In this document: piece by piece, positions 1 to 13,017 of the stretch
Layout: the number at the start of each line of letters is the position of its first letter
Position numbering within the stretch: the first letter of the stretch is position 1
Origin: Mobula hypostoma
Lineage: Eukaryota
NCBI RefSeq assembly: GCF_963921235.1
Contig: NC_086108.1
Location: 62,684,001 to 62,748,000, forward strand
Length of the DNA: 64,000 bases
Direction: 5' to 3'
The notes under the pieces: generated by a model
What the model was told of the DNA's origin: nothing
Database searches by the model: none
The model's input: only the letters and a program-made list of their open reading frames with translations
Made by a program: the position numbers and the translations under genes

Positions 1-164
1 GAAACAGCCATTTACTTCCAGTACAGTGCACTGTATTTAGTGCTGATTGTGGTGTTTGCTATACAGGAGAAACTAAGTGCCTATGGGCTAAACAGTTCTA
101 ATCTGTACATTAATATGAACCCAAGTTTCAAGATCCTTACCATTATAAATCTCCATCACACTTC

Positions 165-325
165 ATAGGAACATAAGAATAAAAGAAATAGGAGCAGGAG
201 TAGGCCATCTGGCCTATCGAGCCTGCTCCATCATTCAATAAGATCACGGCAGATCTGGCTATGGACTCATCTTCATCTACCTGCATTGTTCCCATAACCT
301 TTAATTCCCCTACTATGCAAAAAAT
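165..325 (-). mobile_element. CR1 LINE 3' UTR fragment
   Basis: CATAAGAA..AAATAGGAGCAGGAGTAGGCCATCTGGCC 3'-end motif; near-identical copy at 60888-61050; matches the reverse complement of the CR1 tail near 30290-30376. Confidence 0.75.
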
Positions 326-399
326 ACCTTTCTATTTTGATATTCTTGTTTTTGGCCCCTTCTACACTCCAATGAAACCCATCGTACAAAATAAGAGCA

Positions 400-1025
400 G
401 AAAATACTGGAAGTACTCAGCCAGCCAAGGCAGCAGCTGAGGAAAAAAAATAGTTAATGTTTCAGGTCTGACACCCTTCATTACAAGTGAGAAAGAGAAA
501 AACAAGTTAGTCCAGGTAGCAGAGAAGATGAAGGAGGACAATGAGTTAAATAAAAAGAATTTCTCTAATACGGCGAGTTCACGTGACAGTTAAAGAGCAG
601 TTAAGCCCATGTAATGTTTTGCAAATGTTATAAGACTGGTGTAATGTTGTGAGTGTGGCCAGTGGGGACGTGCTGAGCAAGCCAGAATATACAAATGAAA
701 CCAAAAGGAAAAATCAGGATGGCAGGCAAAAATGGCCAGCCCTAACAGAAACAGAAAGAAAGTATGGATTACCCAACATTGGAGAATTTGATCTTGATTC
801 TTGTTGGTCGTAATGTCCCCAGATTAGGTGTTTTTCTTTGGGCCTGCCTACTATTTCCATTTTCTGACCAAATTTCACAACATTACAGAGACTTGCTTCT
901 CTCTTGTTTACAGCTTGTTTCTCTTTTTCCCAGTTCAGTCTCAGACCTGAAATGTTTACTGTTTCACTTTCCGCAGATGTTGTTTGACCTGCTGAGTGCT
1001 TACAGCATTTTCTGGCTTTTTTATT
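400..1025. mobile_element. Degenerate Penelope-like element with inverted terminal copies
   Basis: Terminal motif AAAATACTGGAAGTACTCAGC...TTTCAGGTCTGACACCCTTCAT at ~400-485 and its reverse complement at ~930-1020; ~765-840 resembles the Penelope ORF end also seen at 6770-6825. Confidence 0.6.
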
Positions 1026-1519
1026 TATACGCTGGAAGGCTTCAGAGGCTAAAGCAAGAACATCTGAATAAGAGTGAGATGGAGAGTTAAAGAGGCTAGT
1101 TGAGATTTTGCGTATGTACTGTATGGAATTGAGGAGATGACATGTTGTTCTTCAAGCCCACGTGGTGCCTCTTTGGGACACCCCATGGGGCTAAAGATAG
1201 AGTGATCAGAATGGGAACAGGATGCAGGCAATTTAAAGCTCATGAGGGTATTCTCCACAACAATTATTCCATTTGCATTGGATTTCCCCATTAAAAAACA
1301 GAAGACCGCCTGAGAATCGAGTGCAGTTTATTCAATTAATTACTGCTTCATTTGAAGAGTAGTCAGAAATCTAGGCAGCAACAAGAAAGGGGAAAAGAAA
1401 AGAGAGCACACAAATGTGCAAAATGATGCAATGAGAAAAGGAGTGGTTATTGCTGATAGGAACCAAAGCATCCTGGTTCCATTAGATGACTGAAAGATAA
1501 GGGAAGCAGAGATGCCTGG

Positions 1520-2720
1520 TGTTGTTGCAACATATCGCACCATTGATAAGGTTCAGAAAATGTACCAATTTTGCTTCGCAGACCAAGATAAAGCAAAATG
1601 ATGAGAAATCATTACAAGGAGATGACGAGCAGCTTGGGATGTGTTTCTTCATTTAAAAAAATGTAGTATTCTGTGAGAATTTGATGGAGAAAAAAGGGAG
1701 AAATCATTTTCTTCTTTTAATTAATTTTTTTATGAGTTTCTACATTACAACAAAAAAACCCACCAACAAAAAGGAGCTTTGTACAGTGCGAACCCAACGT
1801 GTCTGATGTACAATTCATAACAGTAAAGAAAAAGCACCCAAAATAAAATCGTATAAAGTTAGTTTCCTCCCCACCCTCCCACTACGCACTCCAAGCCAAC
1901 CATTACGATATAAAGAAAAGTTAATCAGAGCTTTTGTCACCACAGAGCTGTGAATATAATAAAAGTGTATTGCCTACTACTAAACTATAATATATTTCAC
2001 ATCATAAAAAAAACCATAAAGGTTAACCCGAAAAGAAAATTGGATGTAAGGGATTAAATCACTGAAAGAAAATGGAAGATAAACCTTTAACCTAAAGAGG
2101 AGTTATGAAAATAATCAAATAACAATAGGGTCCTCACACCCTATGAAACTTTATGTCCGAATAAAGAAGTGAATAATGAATATTTTCAAGTCCAAACAGG
2201 ACATAATGTCTCTAACCATTGAGCATGAGTGGGTGGGGCAACATCTCTCCACCTAAGAAGAACTAAACGTCTAGCCAAGAGAGAGGCAAAAGACAATGTT
2301 CGCCGTTTAGTCGGGCTCAAACGCCTGTCAACTTCACCCAAGATGTATTGGGCTTGTCCTAGCTTGGAGAAATTTTGGAGAGATGACTTTTTAACTTTAT
2401 GCCATATCCTTAATTGCCACTTAGAACCTAACCCTTTGATTGCTCTTTTTGGCATTTTGGGTGAAGTTGACATGTGTTTGAGTCCAACTAAACAAAATTA
2501 TTTTCTTTAGTAAGTGGATGAGTAATCATTGGTCAAAGGTTTAAAATAATTAACAAAAGCAATAGAGTTATGCTGAGGGGAACAATTTCTCTGCAGAGGG
2601 TTGTTGAGTCCAAAATTGGTAGTTCAGGTTCCACTGTAGCAAGCTGATTAAATGAGCATTTGGATAGAACTAACTTCAAGGACAAGGATTGAAGGGAGGT
2701 CTTCAAAAATGAATAAAAGA
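1520..2720 (+). mobile_element. Old degenerate CR1 3' region, interrupted by an L1
   Basis: Joining 1713 to 2508 restores a CR1-like 3' ORF2 segment (..GAGAAATCATTTTCTTTAGT..GGTTTAAAATAATT..TCTCTGCAGAGGGTTGTT). Confidence 0.45.
1714..2494 (-). mobile_element. 5'-truncated L1-clade LINE with 5' inversion and 13-bp TSD
   Basis: ORF2 C-terminus (RRTLSFASLLARRLVLLRWRDVAPPTHAQWL) on -; upstream ORF2 segment (MYWACPSLEKFW..PNPLIALFG) on +; T-rich tail at ~1714-1732; TSD AAATCATTTTCTT 1701-1713 / AAATTATTTTCTT 2495-2507. Confidence 0.85.
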
Positions 2721-2829
2721 TAAAGATAACAAGTGTAGGGAACCTCAATTTTCAGGAGATATTGAGGCTCCTGTTAAGACAAAAGAGGAGGTGCATAGCA
2801 GATATAGGTAAGTAGGAACAAATGAGATG

Positions 2830-4790
2830 CTTATGTAGTACAAGAAATGTGAGAGAACGTTTGAGAAGGACATAAAAGAAGGCACGAGGTTGCTCTAGCA
2901 GACAAGGTGAAGGAAAATCCTAAGGGATTCTCTAGATATGTTAAGAGGAAAAGGATTGCTTGGGACAAAATTGGTCCTCTGGAAGACCCAAAATGGTAAT
3001 CCATGTGAGAAGCCAAAACAGATGGTGGACATCTTAAAAGCATTCTTTGCATCTGTATTTATTCAGAAAACAGCTACAAAGTCTTAAAAAGTGAGGCCAA
3101 GGGGCATCAACTTCATGGTTCTGTACAGATTACAGAGGAGGTGGTGTTTACCCTGACGCAAATCCGGATGTATAAATCCACAGGACTTGACAAGGTGTTC
3201 CCTCAAACCCTACAGGAGGCAAGTGCAGAAATTGCCAAGGCCCTAGCGGAGATATTTAAAACATCCTTAGCCAAAGGAAAGGTACTAGAGGATTGGAAGA
3301 GAGCCAATGTTGTTTGACTGTTTAAAAAAGGGCTCTAAACAGAAAGCAGGGAGATACAGGCTGGTGAGTCTGACATCTGTTGAAGGAAAGTTATTGGAAG
3401 ATATTCTAAGGGACCGGATATATATGTATTTGGGTAGACGTGAACTGATTAAGGATAGTCAGCATAGCTTCTAGCATGGTAGGTCTTGTCTCACCAATCT
3501 TACAGAGTTTTTCGAGGAAGTTACCAGGAAAGTGGATGAAGGCAAGGCAGTAGATGCTGTCTACATGAACTTTAGTAAGGCATTTGACAAGGACCCGCAT
3601 GGGAGGTTGATCAAGAAAGTTCAGTTGCTCAGCATTCAGGATGAGGTAGTAAATTGGATTAGACAATGGCTTTGTGGGAGAAGCCAGAGGGTAGTCCTAG
3701 AGAGAGTTGCCTCTGTCTGGAGGCCCCTGACTAGTGGTGTGCCACAAGCATCTTTGTTGTTTGTCATCTATATCAAAGATCTGGATGATTATGCGGTTAA
3801 CCTGATCAGCAAATTTGCAAATGACACCAAGATTGGGGGTGTAGTGGACAAGTGAGGAAGGCTATTATGGTTTGCAGAGGGATTTGTATCAGCTGGAAAA
3901 ATGGGCTGAAAATGGCAGATGGAACTTAATGTAGACAAATGTGAGGTTTTGCACTTTGGTAGGACCAACCAGTGTAGGTCTTACACAGTGAAAGGTATGG
4001 CACTGAGGAGCGTGGTAGAACAAAGGGATCTGGGAATACAAGTCCATAATTCATTGATAGTGGCATCACAAATAGATAGGGTCATAAAGTAAGCTATTGA
4101 CACATGGGCCTTCATAAATCAATGTACTGAGTTCAGAAGATGGGATGATATGTTGAAGTTGCATAAGATATTGGAGACGCCTAATTTGGAGTACTGTGTG
4201 CAGTTTTGGTCACCTTCCTACAGGAAAGATGTAAACAAGGTTGAAAGAGTGCAGAGAAAGTTTACAAAAATGTTGTCATGTCTAGAGGACCCGAGTTATA
4301 AAGAAAGATTAAACAAGTTGGGACTAATTTCTTTAGAATATAGAAGATTGAGAAGGGATTTAATTGAGGTATATAAAATTATGAGGGGTACAGGTATAAA
4401 CACAAGCAGGCTTTTTCCACTGAGGTTAGGTGGGGTTACAACCAGAGATCATGCCTTAAGGGTAAAAAGTGAGAAGCTTAAGGAGAACATGAAGGGAAAC
4501 TTCTTCACTCAGCAGGTCATGAGAGTGTGGAATGAGCTGCTGGCACAAAACTTTCGCAATGACCCTAAGTATAAGGTGGTGTAGGACACCTACTATATCA
4601 TGAATATAGAAGGCAATGTCCTCCCAAGAGTTTAATGAGAGTGATACTACATTTGTGTCTGAAAGGGCTCCAAATATGGAGGACTATAGTCCCATGCAGA
4701 TTGTTGGGAGAAGGCAGTTTAAATGGTTTTCAGCATGGATGGGAAGAATGGTCCATTTCTGTGCTGTACTTCTCCTTGACCCTATGGTGG
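2830..4790 (+). mobile_element. CR1 LINE, disrupted ORF2 reverse transcriptase plus 3' UTR
   Basis: ORFs 3532-3855 (DAVYMNFSKAFDK, SGVPQ, KFANDTK) and 4150-4584 (LEYCVQFWSP, NFFTQQVMRVWNEL); stops and frameshifts. Confidence 0.95.
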
Positions 4791-4899
4791 AAAAGATATG
4801 GTGTGAGTCTAAACTGAACATTTTTCTTAAAGAATCCAGCCTATGAATTGAGGGTTCAAAGACATTTTTCTAATTTGTAAGATCACATGACAGATTCTA

Positions 4900-5200
4900 T
4901 GCCTCTTGATAAACTAGAGGTGTCCTTTTAGAACAGAGATTAGGAGTAATTTCTTTAGTCAGAGATTGGTGAATCTGTGAAATTCTTTGCCACAGGCAGC
5001 TGTGGAGGCCAAGTCTTTTATGTATATTTAAGGCAGAGGTTGATAGATTCTTGTTTAGTCAGGGCGTTAAGGGATACAGAAAGAAGTCAGGAAATTGGGG
5101 CTGAGAGAAAAAATGGGTCAGCAATGATAGAATGGTACAGACTCATTGGGCCAAATGGCCTAATTCTGCTCCTATACTTTTGGATCACGGTCTATGATTA
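4900..5200 (+). mobile_element. CR1 LINE 3' fragment
   Basis: TTTAGAACAGAGAT..TTCTTTAGTCAGAGATTGGTGAATCTGTG and 3' UTR GGGCCAAATGGCCTAATTCTGCTCCTAT. Confidence 0.85.
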
Positions 5201-6369
5201 TATACCCGACCAGCCGCTGTTGTTTGGTCTCTCTCATTGGAGCAATGGTTGGTACCTGAAGGTGAAGATCAGCATAGTGCAGAACTTTGAAAGAGTGGAG
5301 AGAGAAATTGAAAATTAAAGATAAAAAAATGGAAACTGTGATCATGACTATTCAGCACAGTAGATCTTTAAAGATAGCATTTGCTCAGTTGTCTATCATT
5401 TAAAGTTTAACTGCAATGGATTCCACAACGTCAGGATTTCATAATGTAAACACATCAAACTAACACGAGGGCTGACGCAGTTTCAAATGTCGTGTGCAGT
5501 ATTTTTCAGTTGTGTTGCTGATCAGGACAGCCTGCTTCAAAACGAAGGACCAGATGAAACTGAAAGGTGGCTGTTCTACCATATTTAATAGAAGATCATA
5601 ATGATAAACGTAAACTAAATGAATCCACTCAACTAAATCAAAATTAGTACTTAAGGTGGTGAAGCAGCAGATGGTAAGTATATGCCCTTTAAGATATGTT
5701 TTGAACAGTGGTTAGAGGCTTTTGTTAGGTTATTCATTTCATTTCAGTGCATATTCTATTTATATGGAGTTCTATTGAATATACGGTTAGATAGGAAAAA
5801 AAAATTAGCTACAACTAGATCTATCAAATGTAGAGATGCATCAATTAGCATCCATCCTATAGATGTTAACTGTGCCAAGATCAATTTTACTCCAGGCCAA
5901 TGATTATTCTCAGGTGGCACTGGAGTTTCATTTTGGACAGGGCATTTCCTTGCATAATCCATTTTAGCACATCTGGCCTTTTCCTAGCCTCAAACCTGTA
6001 CATAATAGACACAACATTCATGCCTATTTCTGGTTTCTTCAAATAAATTGCCAAAAGTGCAACCTACGATCATCGTGGAACAGCTACAGCAGAATCAAGA
6101 TCACATGCTCACGTTGTTTTGTCCCTCTGCTGACATCAGGCAAGCTAGTTAGGCAGCTTCAGAGTTGACTAAGTTCTGCTCAAACACCATTTAAAGTCCA
6201 TAGAGAGTGCTACATGTGGTAGTGAATGCTGTCTTTAGTTTTCTGCTGCTCATAGTGAATCAGGTTCCCACTGCATACCGTCTTCTTTCCGTTGAACAGC
6301 AAACAATTTCCTGTTATTAAGGAAATTAAAGGTCAACATCCACAGTTATGGAAATAACATTTTTTTACA

Positions 6370-6835
6370 TAGCAACACACACAAAATGCTGGAGGAACTC
6401 GGCAGATAGAGCAGCATCTATGGAAAATAATAAACAGTCAACGCTTTGGGCCAAAACACTTCTTGAGGACGGGAAGGAAAGGGGAAAGAATACTAAATAA
6501 GAAGGTGGGGGGGGGAGGGAAATGAGCACAAGCTACATAGAAGGTGATAGGTGAAGCCAGGTAAGTGAGGGAAAGGGGATGAAGTAAGAAAATGGGAAAT
6601 GAGAAGTGAAAATGGTAACGTGATGAAAAAGAAGGAATCTGGTAAGAGCAGAGTGAACAATGGAAGAAAGCAAAGGAGGAGGAGCTCCAGGGGAGATGAG
6701 GAGATGAGAATAGATAAGAGGGAGCCTGGGTGGGGAATGAAAGAAGAGGGAAGGAGGAGTGGGAAAAATTACTGGAAATTGGAGAAATCAATGTTCTTGC
6801 CATCATGTTCGAGGCTACCGAGACAGACTAGAGAG
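6370..6835 (-). mobile_element. Penelope-like element 3' fragment
   Basis: GCAACACACACAAAATGCTGGAGGAACTC terminal motif, decayed hammerhead motif at ~6435-6470, purine-rich tract, ORF-end segment at 6770-6825. Confidence 0.75.
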
Positions 6836-8100
6836 AAGGTACTCGACAAAACAGTCCCCCAATCTTACGTGGATCAATTTTACATGGATTTTTGAGAGCT
6901 GTTGGGGGGAAAATAGGTATAGTTTTTGCCAAGCAAAGAGTCAGTCCAAGGCATAAGATCCAAGTGATGGAGCAATGTGATAATGGACAGGGGCAAATAT
7001 GGATTCAACACTCAGAAGTATGATAGCTTAGATTTCCATAGCTCCAATGAAATTGACAAATCAATTTGGAAAATAGGACAAGATCCAAGCAGACACTGCG
7101 GCCATACTGCTGAGCATTCTTCTTACTATGTATCCATCCCAATGCTCTCATGAAATTGGCAGAGCAAGCCTACAACAACCAGCCCAGTAGTTATTGTCTA
7201 AACTAATGATCAGTATGAAATGTTTTGGAATACTCAACAAAAACTGGGCCATGAAGAACCTTATAGCAAGCCGACCTGTAATCATTTGTTTTCTGGGATG
7301 TAAGAGCTGTATATGAAATGTGAGAACTTGGGATGTTTCAGAATTTCAAATATGCAGCTCTTTTGACAGTCATAATTTTAAAGAAGTCATAACTTACTCT
7401 GGAGATGCTGGATGTTGTGTCTCATTTAGAGGAGTAAAAGAAATAGAAAAAATAACTTTTACTTCTGATGTTTAATAATTTATGTTAAAATGTAGATTCT
7501 AATTAACAATATTTGACTCATTAAGATCTGTAAAAAAGCTGCAACTTTTAAAAAAATGTTATGACTGTACAAGTACCTCTATAGATCTATTGTTCATCAT
7601 TTGCTTTTATTACCCTGTCATACTCTACTTACTAACATTGTTCAGTTCAGTAGCTAAGATTTCTGATTTGACTTGAGTCCAATTTATAGCGGGACCTGTT
7701 GCTAGGTTGCTTGGTTTTTATGAAAAATAATGCTACATTTGGAATAATCCATGTAGGTCAGAAAATTATGGCAACATTTCAACATTTCTGAATATGTTTT
7801 AACAGTTGGAATGAAGAATTGAAAATGAAAGGGAGTGAGGATTTCAAAACTTCAACTTCAGTATTGGTTGTGTTTTCACTTTGCATGTTGTTTCTATTAA
7901 AAAGTCAGTATAGGTGTGTGATAAAATGAAACATTGGATGTCCTACGAATAAAGCACTATTTGGGTGCCCTGTTAAAATAAATCATTTTTGTCAGATTTT
8001 TTCCATTACCACCTTAGTGTTTATATTGTGAATTCTAAACTCATTTTAGAACTTGGCTGTATTATGTTACACAGATGCTCTACTGAGATATTGGTATATA

Positions 8101-8462
8101 ATAGAAACATAGAAACATAGAAAATAGGTGCAGGAGTAGGCCATTCGGCCCTTCGAGCCTGCACCGCCATTTATTATGATCATGGCTGATCATCCAACTC
8201 AGAACCCAGCCTTCCCTCCATACCCCCTGACCCCTGTAGCCACAAGGGCCATATCTAACTTCCTTTTAAACATAGCTAATGAACTGGCCTCAACAGTTTG
8301 CTGTGGCAGAGAATTCCACAGATTCACCACTCTCTGTGTGAAGAAGTTTTTCCTAACCTCGGTCCTAAAAGGCTTCCCCTCTATCCTCAAACTGTGACCC
8401 CTCGTTCTAGACCTCCCCAACATCGGGAACAATCTTCCTGCATCTAGCCTGTCCAATCCCTT
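8101..8462 (-). mobile_element. Young-looking CR1 3' fragment with (ATAGAAAC)n tail
   Basis: ORF 8199-8456 (TRGHSLRIEGKPFRTEVRKNFFTQRVVNLWNSLP); 8-bp tail repeats at 8101-8123. Confidence 0.95.
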
Positions 8463-10434
8463 AGAGGCAGTCTGCCTTTAAAGTGAGTAATAAGAACTCA
8501 GAGAATTATTTGAAGAACAATGGATAAACATTAATCAACAACCTTCCCCCAGTCAATAAAATCAAAACTAAATAACATGGCCATTCACCATGTATCATTG
8601 CACAGTGTAAAATATTACTGTTTACAATCTGATTAGGGCTTTAACCATTGTAACAGCAGGAACCTCACTTCAAAGTATTTTTATCATACGGTATCTGTAA
8701 CATTTTGTGAAGCTTCCTGGTGAATTGATAACATAATTTATAACTGATATATAAATGGGACTTTCTGTTACCTTTGTTATTTGTATTCTTTTAATAGGCT
8801 CAGCTTTCCGGTTTGTTCCCTATTTGGGCAGTTCATATCCATAAACCTAGAAATAAAATACAAACGTTTGTATATTATCGGATGAAAGGGGGCTAACAGA
8901 ACTAAGGCCATCCTCTCATTAGACCTTTTCAACCATCTATTTTTCGTCTCTGTCCCAGTTCTGGCCAAGGGTGTGCAATCTGATGCGCAAACCATGTTTC
9001 TCTTTCCGCGGATGTAACTTGTCTTGCTGAACGTGTCAAATATACTTCGTTTTTGCTTTAGACTTCCTTGATCTGCGGTCTTTTTTTCTTCTGATTTTTT
9101 ATTTATCTTTAGCAGGCTAGCACTCTTTTCAGTTAGCATTCAGTAAATTCCTCATTTCTATTCACTTATCATCTCTCAGTGCATGGGGAGACTGAAAAAA
9201 CTGAGGTCATTGTAACACCATCCCCTCATGATGATATCAGCTCTCTTAACAAGTACCAGGAATTGAATTTGAGTCATTTCTGGTTGCTGTGGGTCAGTGC
9301 ATGATCACATAAAGCATTTACAGGAGAGGTTGTAAAATTGTAATTATTCATCTCAGCTGGACTGTGCTAAAGTTGCCTACAGATTTATTGCCTACAAATG
9401 AGAAATGGGGAAGGATTTCTATCAGTAATATGTTTGGAAGGTGGGTTGGGGCAAAATTGCAACCAATCATGTTATCCTTAAACTCTTAAAGCACTCACGG
9501 TCAAGGTTTCTTCCCAAATCCCAGAGGCCCGTCCACATTCAGAGAACATTAACACCGTAGGGTTTAGTTTTCTGGAAAATTCATAGATGGGATGGATAGG
9601 GCAAGGTGGAAAAAATTAAATATTACTCCACTGGCAGGGATTTAATGAAAAATGCAAGCTCTGGACTTAATGTCTGCATGCTTAGACATCCAAGACCCTA
9701 ACTTAATCATAGGGTGGAGTATATTTCAGTATCCTCACCACTGGACTTAATAGGTAGTGGATGTAATCCTGCTGAGATTCCCCGTTGTTTATGGAAAATC
9801 AGCTCTTGTACCAGGTTTGATTGTGGCCCAATTAATTTTGATTGAGATTGTAAGGCTACAGCACAAAGAAATAAGTAATAAGTTAATATTTTTGTTTATT
9901 TTATTTTCATTATTAGCTGATAATACATGTTTTGAAAATCAATATTTTTAAAGCAAATTAGTTGTTACATTTTAGTTGCTTTTAAATATTTCCGAATGTT
10001 CAAAATGTTAGAGTTCTAACGCATTTGATCGAAAGACTGAGCTCAAAGTTTCAAAGCTGCTGGTTCTCAAAGTTTCCATGGGTCTTTCAGCAGTGGCAGG
10101 CCATCTCCAGTGTGACTTTGAAAGTTTGGTGGCTGTTTACTCTGAGGTGTTTCAGTATGCATGCTCACAGCAATGCGGATTGCTGATCAAGTACTGTATA
10201 TACAGAGTTTCCAACTGGAAGGATTTCTAGCATAATGAGGTTAAGATTCCTTCTACTTTTGTCCTTCTTTTTGTCACAAAGTTACTCCAGCACAGGTCGT
10301 TAGCAGATGTATACCAACAAAACATACATGCAGAGTTACACAGTTTTTGGGAGGAGATGGAAGACAGCAGCAAGGCAATATTTATCTTTTTCGTGCAGTG
10401 TTGAAGAAATAATCAATCATATTACAGAGACTTA

Positions 10435-10755
10435 TAGGGTCATACAACCCACTCAATTTCCCAACCATTAAGTAGCCATTTATTCTAATCTCACACTAGT
10501 TCCGTTTTATTCTCTCTCCACCCTCCTCAATTCCTTTCAGATTCTTTCTCTCAACCACATAACAAGGGCAATTTACAATGACCAATTATTCAGCCAAACC
10601 ACATATTTCCTGGGACGTGGGAGAGAACTGGAGTACTCTGAGGAAACCAATGTAGTCATGGGGAGAATGTACAAACTCCACGCAGAGAACGGCAAATGTC
10701 ACAAATTGAATTTAGAGCATTATTTCGACCAACTACACCACTGTGCTGGCCTTGG
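10435..10755 (-). mobile_element. Degenerate V-domain (HE1-like) SINE
   Basis: GAACTGGAGTACTCTGAGGAAACCAATGTAGTCATGGGGAGAATGTACAAACTCCAC is the reverse complement of the V-SINE core. Confidence 0.65.
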
Positions 10756-11383
10756 GCATGCATTTACAGTACTTACAGACTGAAAACAGCATAGATAACA
10801 GGTTTCCTTCTTTGACAGACATTACTGAACCAACCCAGGTTTTACAATTTGCTTTCTGTATTCTTAATTGATTTACTGAGTTTAAATACACACAAATTCA
10901 CAGTATTTAATCCACATCCTGTGAGCTTCTCATCCAAATTATAATCAGGCCACCTTATTTGCTTGATCCATAAATTGTGGATCACAGCAAATGTTAAAAG
11001 CCCAGGACACCTTATTTTATAGTAATCATTTTTCACAGGTTATAGTGATCTGTGTCTTCAACATTCTTGCTGAAGGCTATGGATTATACTTTGCTCTGAA
11101 ACATTATAATCAGTAAAAATCTGTATGAGATTGATAATATTACGCTGGACAGCAAATTTTTTAGAAAGTTGTTGCGTCCTCAGAATTTTTTTTTGTTTAT
11201 GATTGACCGCTTGAAGCTGAACACAAAAGTAATTTCACACTACTTGGATCATGTAGGAATTTGGAGAAAGAAGAAAATAACCTGTATTGAATATAATACG
11301 TTTAATTGCATAAGGGTGCTGAAGCTTTGCAATGGTTCAACTAAGCTAAACATGTTTTGTTGATGATCTTCATTTGTACTCAG

Positions 11384-12589
11384 TGTCCGAGGCTTCTCGC
11401 TTAAGTGTCCATCAATAATTAGCCAGTATTAATCGATTCCAGTTGCCCTGATACTGTTTCTCGATGACAGCAATGTCCTGGTGAAACTTGTCACCATGCT
11501 CGTCACTGACAGTGCCAAGATTTGTAGGGAAAATTCTAAATGGGAATGCCGAAAATGAATCTTTAGTGACATGTTACATTTCATGATTTTGTATGCTTGA
11601 AGCATGCTGTCAACCAGTTGCACGTAATTTGGTGCTCTGTAGTTGCCAAGAAAATTTTCAACTACATCCTTGAATGCCTTCCATGCAATTTTCTCTGGTT
11701 CCACTAGAAGTCATTCGAATTGCCTAACATTGATGACCTGCTTGATATGTGGATCAACAAAAATGCTTTCCTTAATCTCAGCATCAGTTATTCTATCTCA
11801 AATATTGAAATCCTTCACAGAAATTGTTGTGCCTGATAAAAGCAGATTTCGTTGTTGCAGTCTTGAACCCAGTAAATTCTGCTTTTGCCTTTGACATATC
11901 TGAATGTCTGACCAAGGATTTTAAATCAGATTGAGATATCAGATGAGGCTCACTCAACATCACGTGTTCAAAATCTCTGTCAGTATCAGTCTCATATTCC
12001 ATTCCTGTCTTGTGCATCATTTTCGTCTGCCTCTTCGAGACTCCATGTCTTTGATGGCTTTGGTACTGGAAGACGATTATCATGTGGCACAGGTCTCATG
12101 GATAAAGGAAGGTTGTGGTATTCAATGGATTTCTTGTTTTCAGCAGAGAAACCAGACACAGTGGTCAAACAGAAATAGCAGTTTTTCACATGATTGTTCT
12201 GCTCTCGCCATATTATTGGGACAGTGAACAACATTGACTTCTGAATACCTCTGAACCAAGTTCTAAGATTGACATCGCATGTTGCATAACAAATGAGAGG
12301 AGCCCAGGCTTTGTCTGGTCACCAATTTTACATCCAAATTAGAACTCACAGGCTTTCTTAATAGAAGTGGTCATGCTCTGTCTTTGAGATCTAAGCAAAT
12401 ACTTATCACAAATATCACAGGAAGTATCGTGGCTGTTGCAACATTGGTGAGACATTTTGCTGTCACGAAAGATCCTGAAAATACAATTATTTTATTATAA
12501 TGAGTACACACATTATAATAGAGCATGCATATCAACGTGATCGCAAACCAATATATATGTAAACGCAATGTATAGAAAATGTATAGAAC

Positions 12590-12636
<47 letters not shown>

Positions 12637-12720
12637 TGCTTTTATAACCTTTCTAAACCCTGTCCTGCCATGCAGCACATGCCCAGCCTTGCCTGAACAA
12701 GATAGAAGACATTTTAATTG
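11384..12720 (-). mobile_element. Chapaev3 (CMC superfamily) DNA transposon fossil, internally deleted transposase pseudogene
   Basis: From ATG at 12455: MSHQCCNSHDTSCDICD..FGCKIGDQ..KAWAP..VPIIWREQNNHVKNCYFC; C-terminal AWKAFKDVVENFLGNY..CNMSLKIHF.HSHL; stops and frameshifts. Confidence 0.85.
12592..12635. repeat. (GT)n microsatellite
   Basis: About 22 GT units inside the 5' region of the Chapaev3 element. Confidence 0.95.
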
Positions 12721-13017
12721 AATTGAATTATGAATTGAAGTAACAAATATAAGCAATTTTTAAAAATGGTGCACGATAGGGAAAGTTCATGGTGTTTTTC
12801 ATGATCAGCAGCTCAAAATCTATGATACATGCAAAAGTATACAGGAAGCAAAATCTTTGTTGTCTAGTATTATTGATTGTTGAGCAAATGTTTAATAAAT
12901 GTGGTTGTATGGTCACATTTGAAAGATTTGCTCAGTGTTAATGTCATAATGAAACAAAAATCAAATGACTGTATAGAAACATTGACTGATCTCCCTGTTA
13001 GATGATTATCTACTCAC

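Noticed and set aside
6438..6895. Low-complexity ORFs on both strands
   Set aside because: They arise from the purine/pyrimidine-biased tract of a Penelope fragment.
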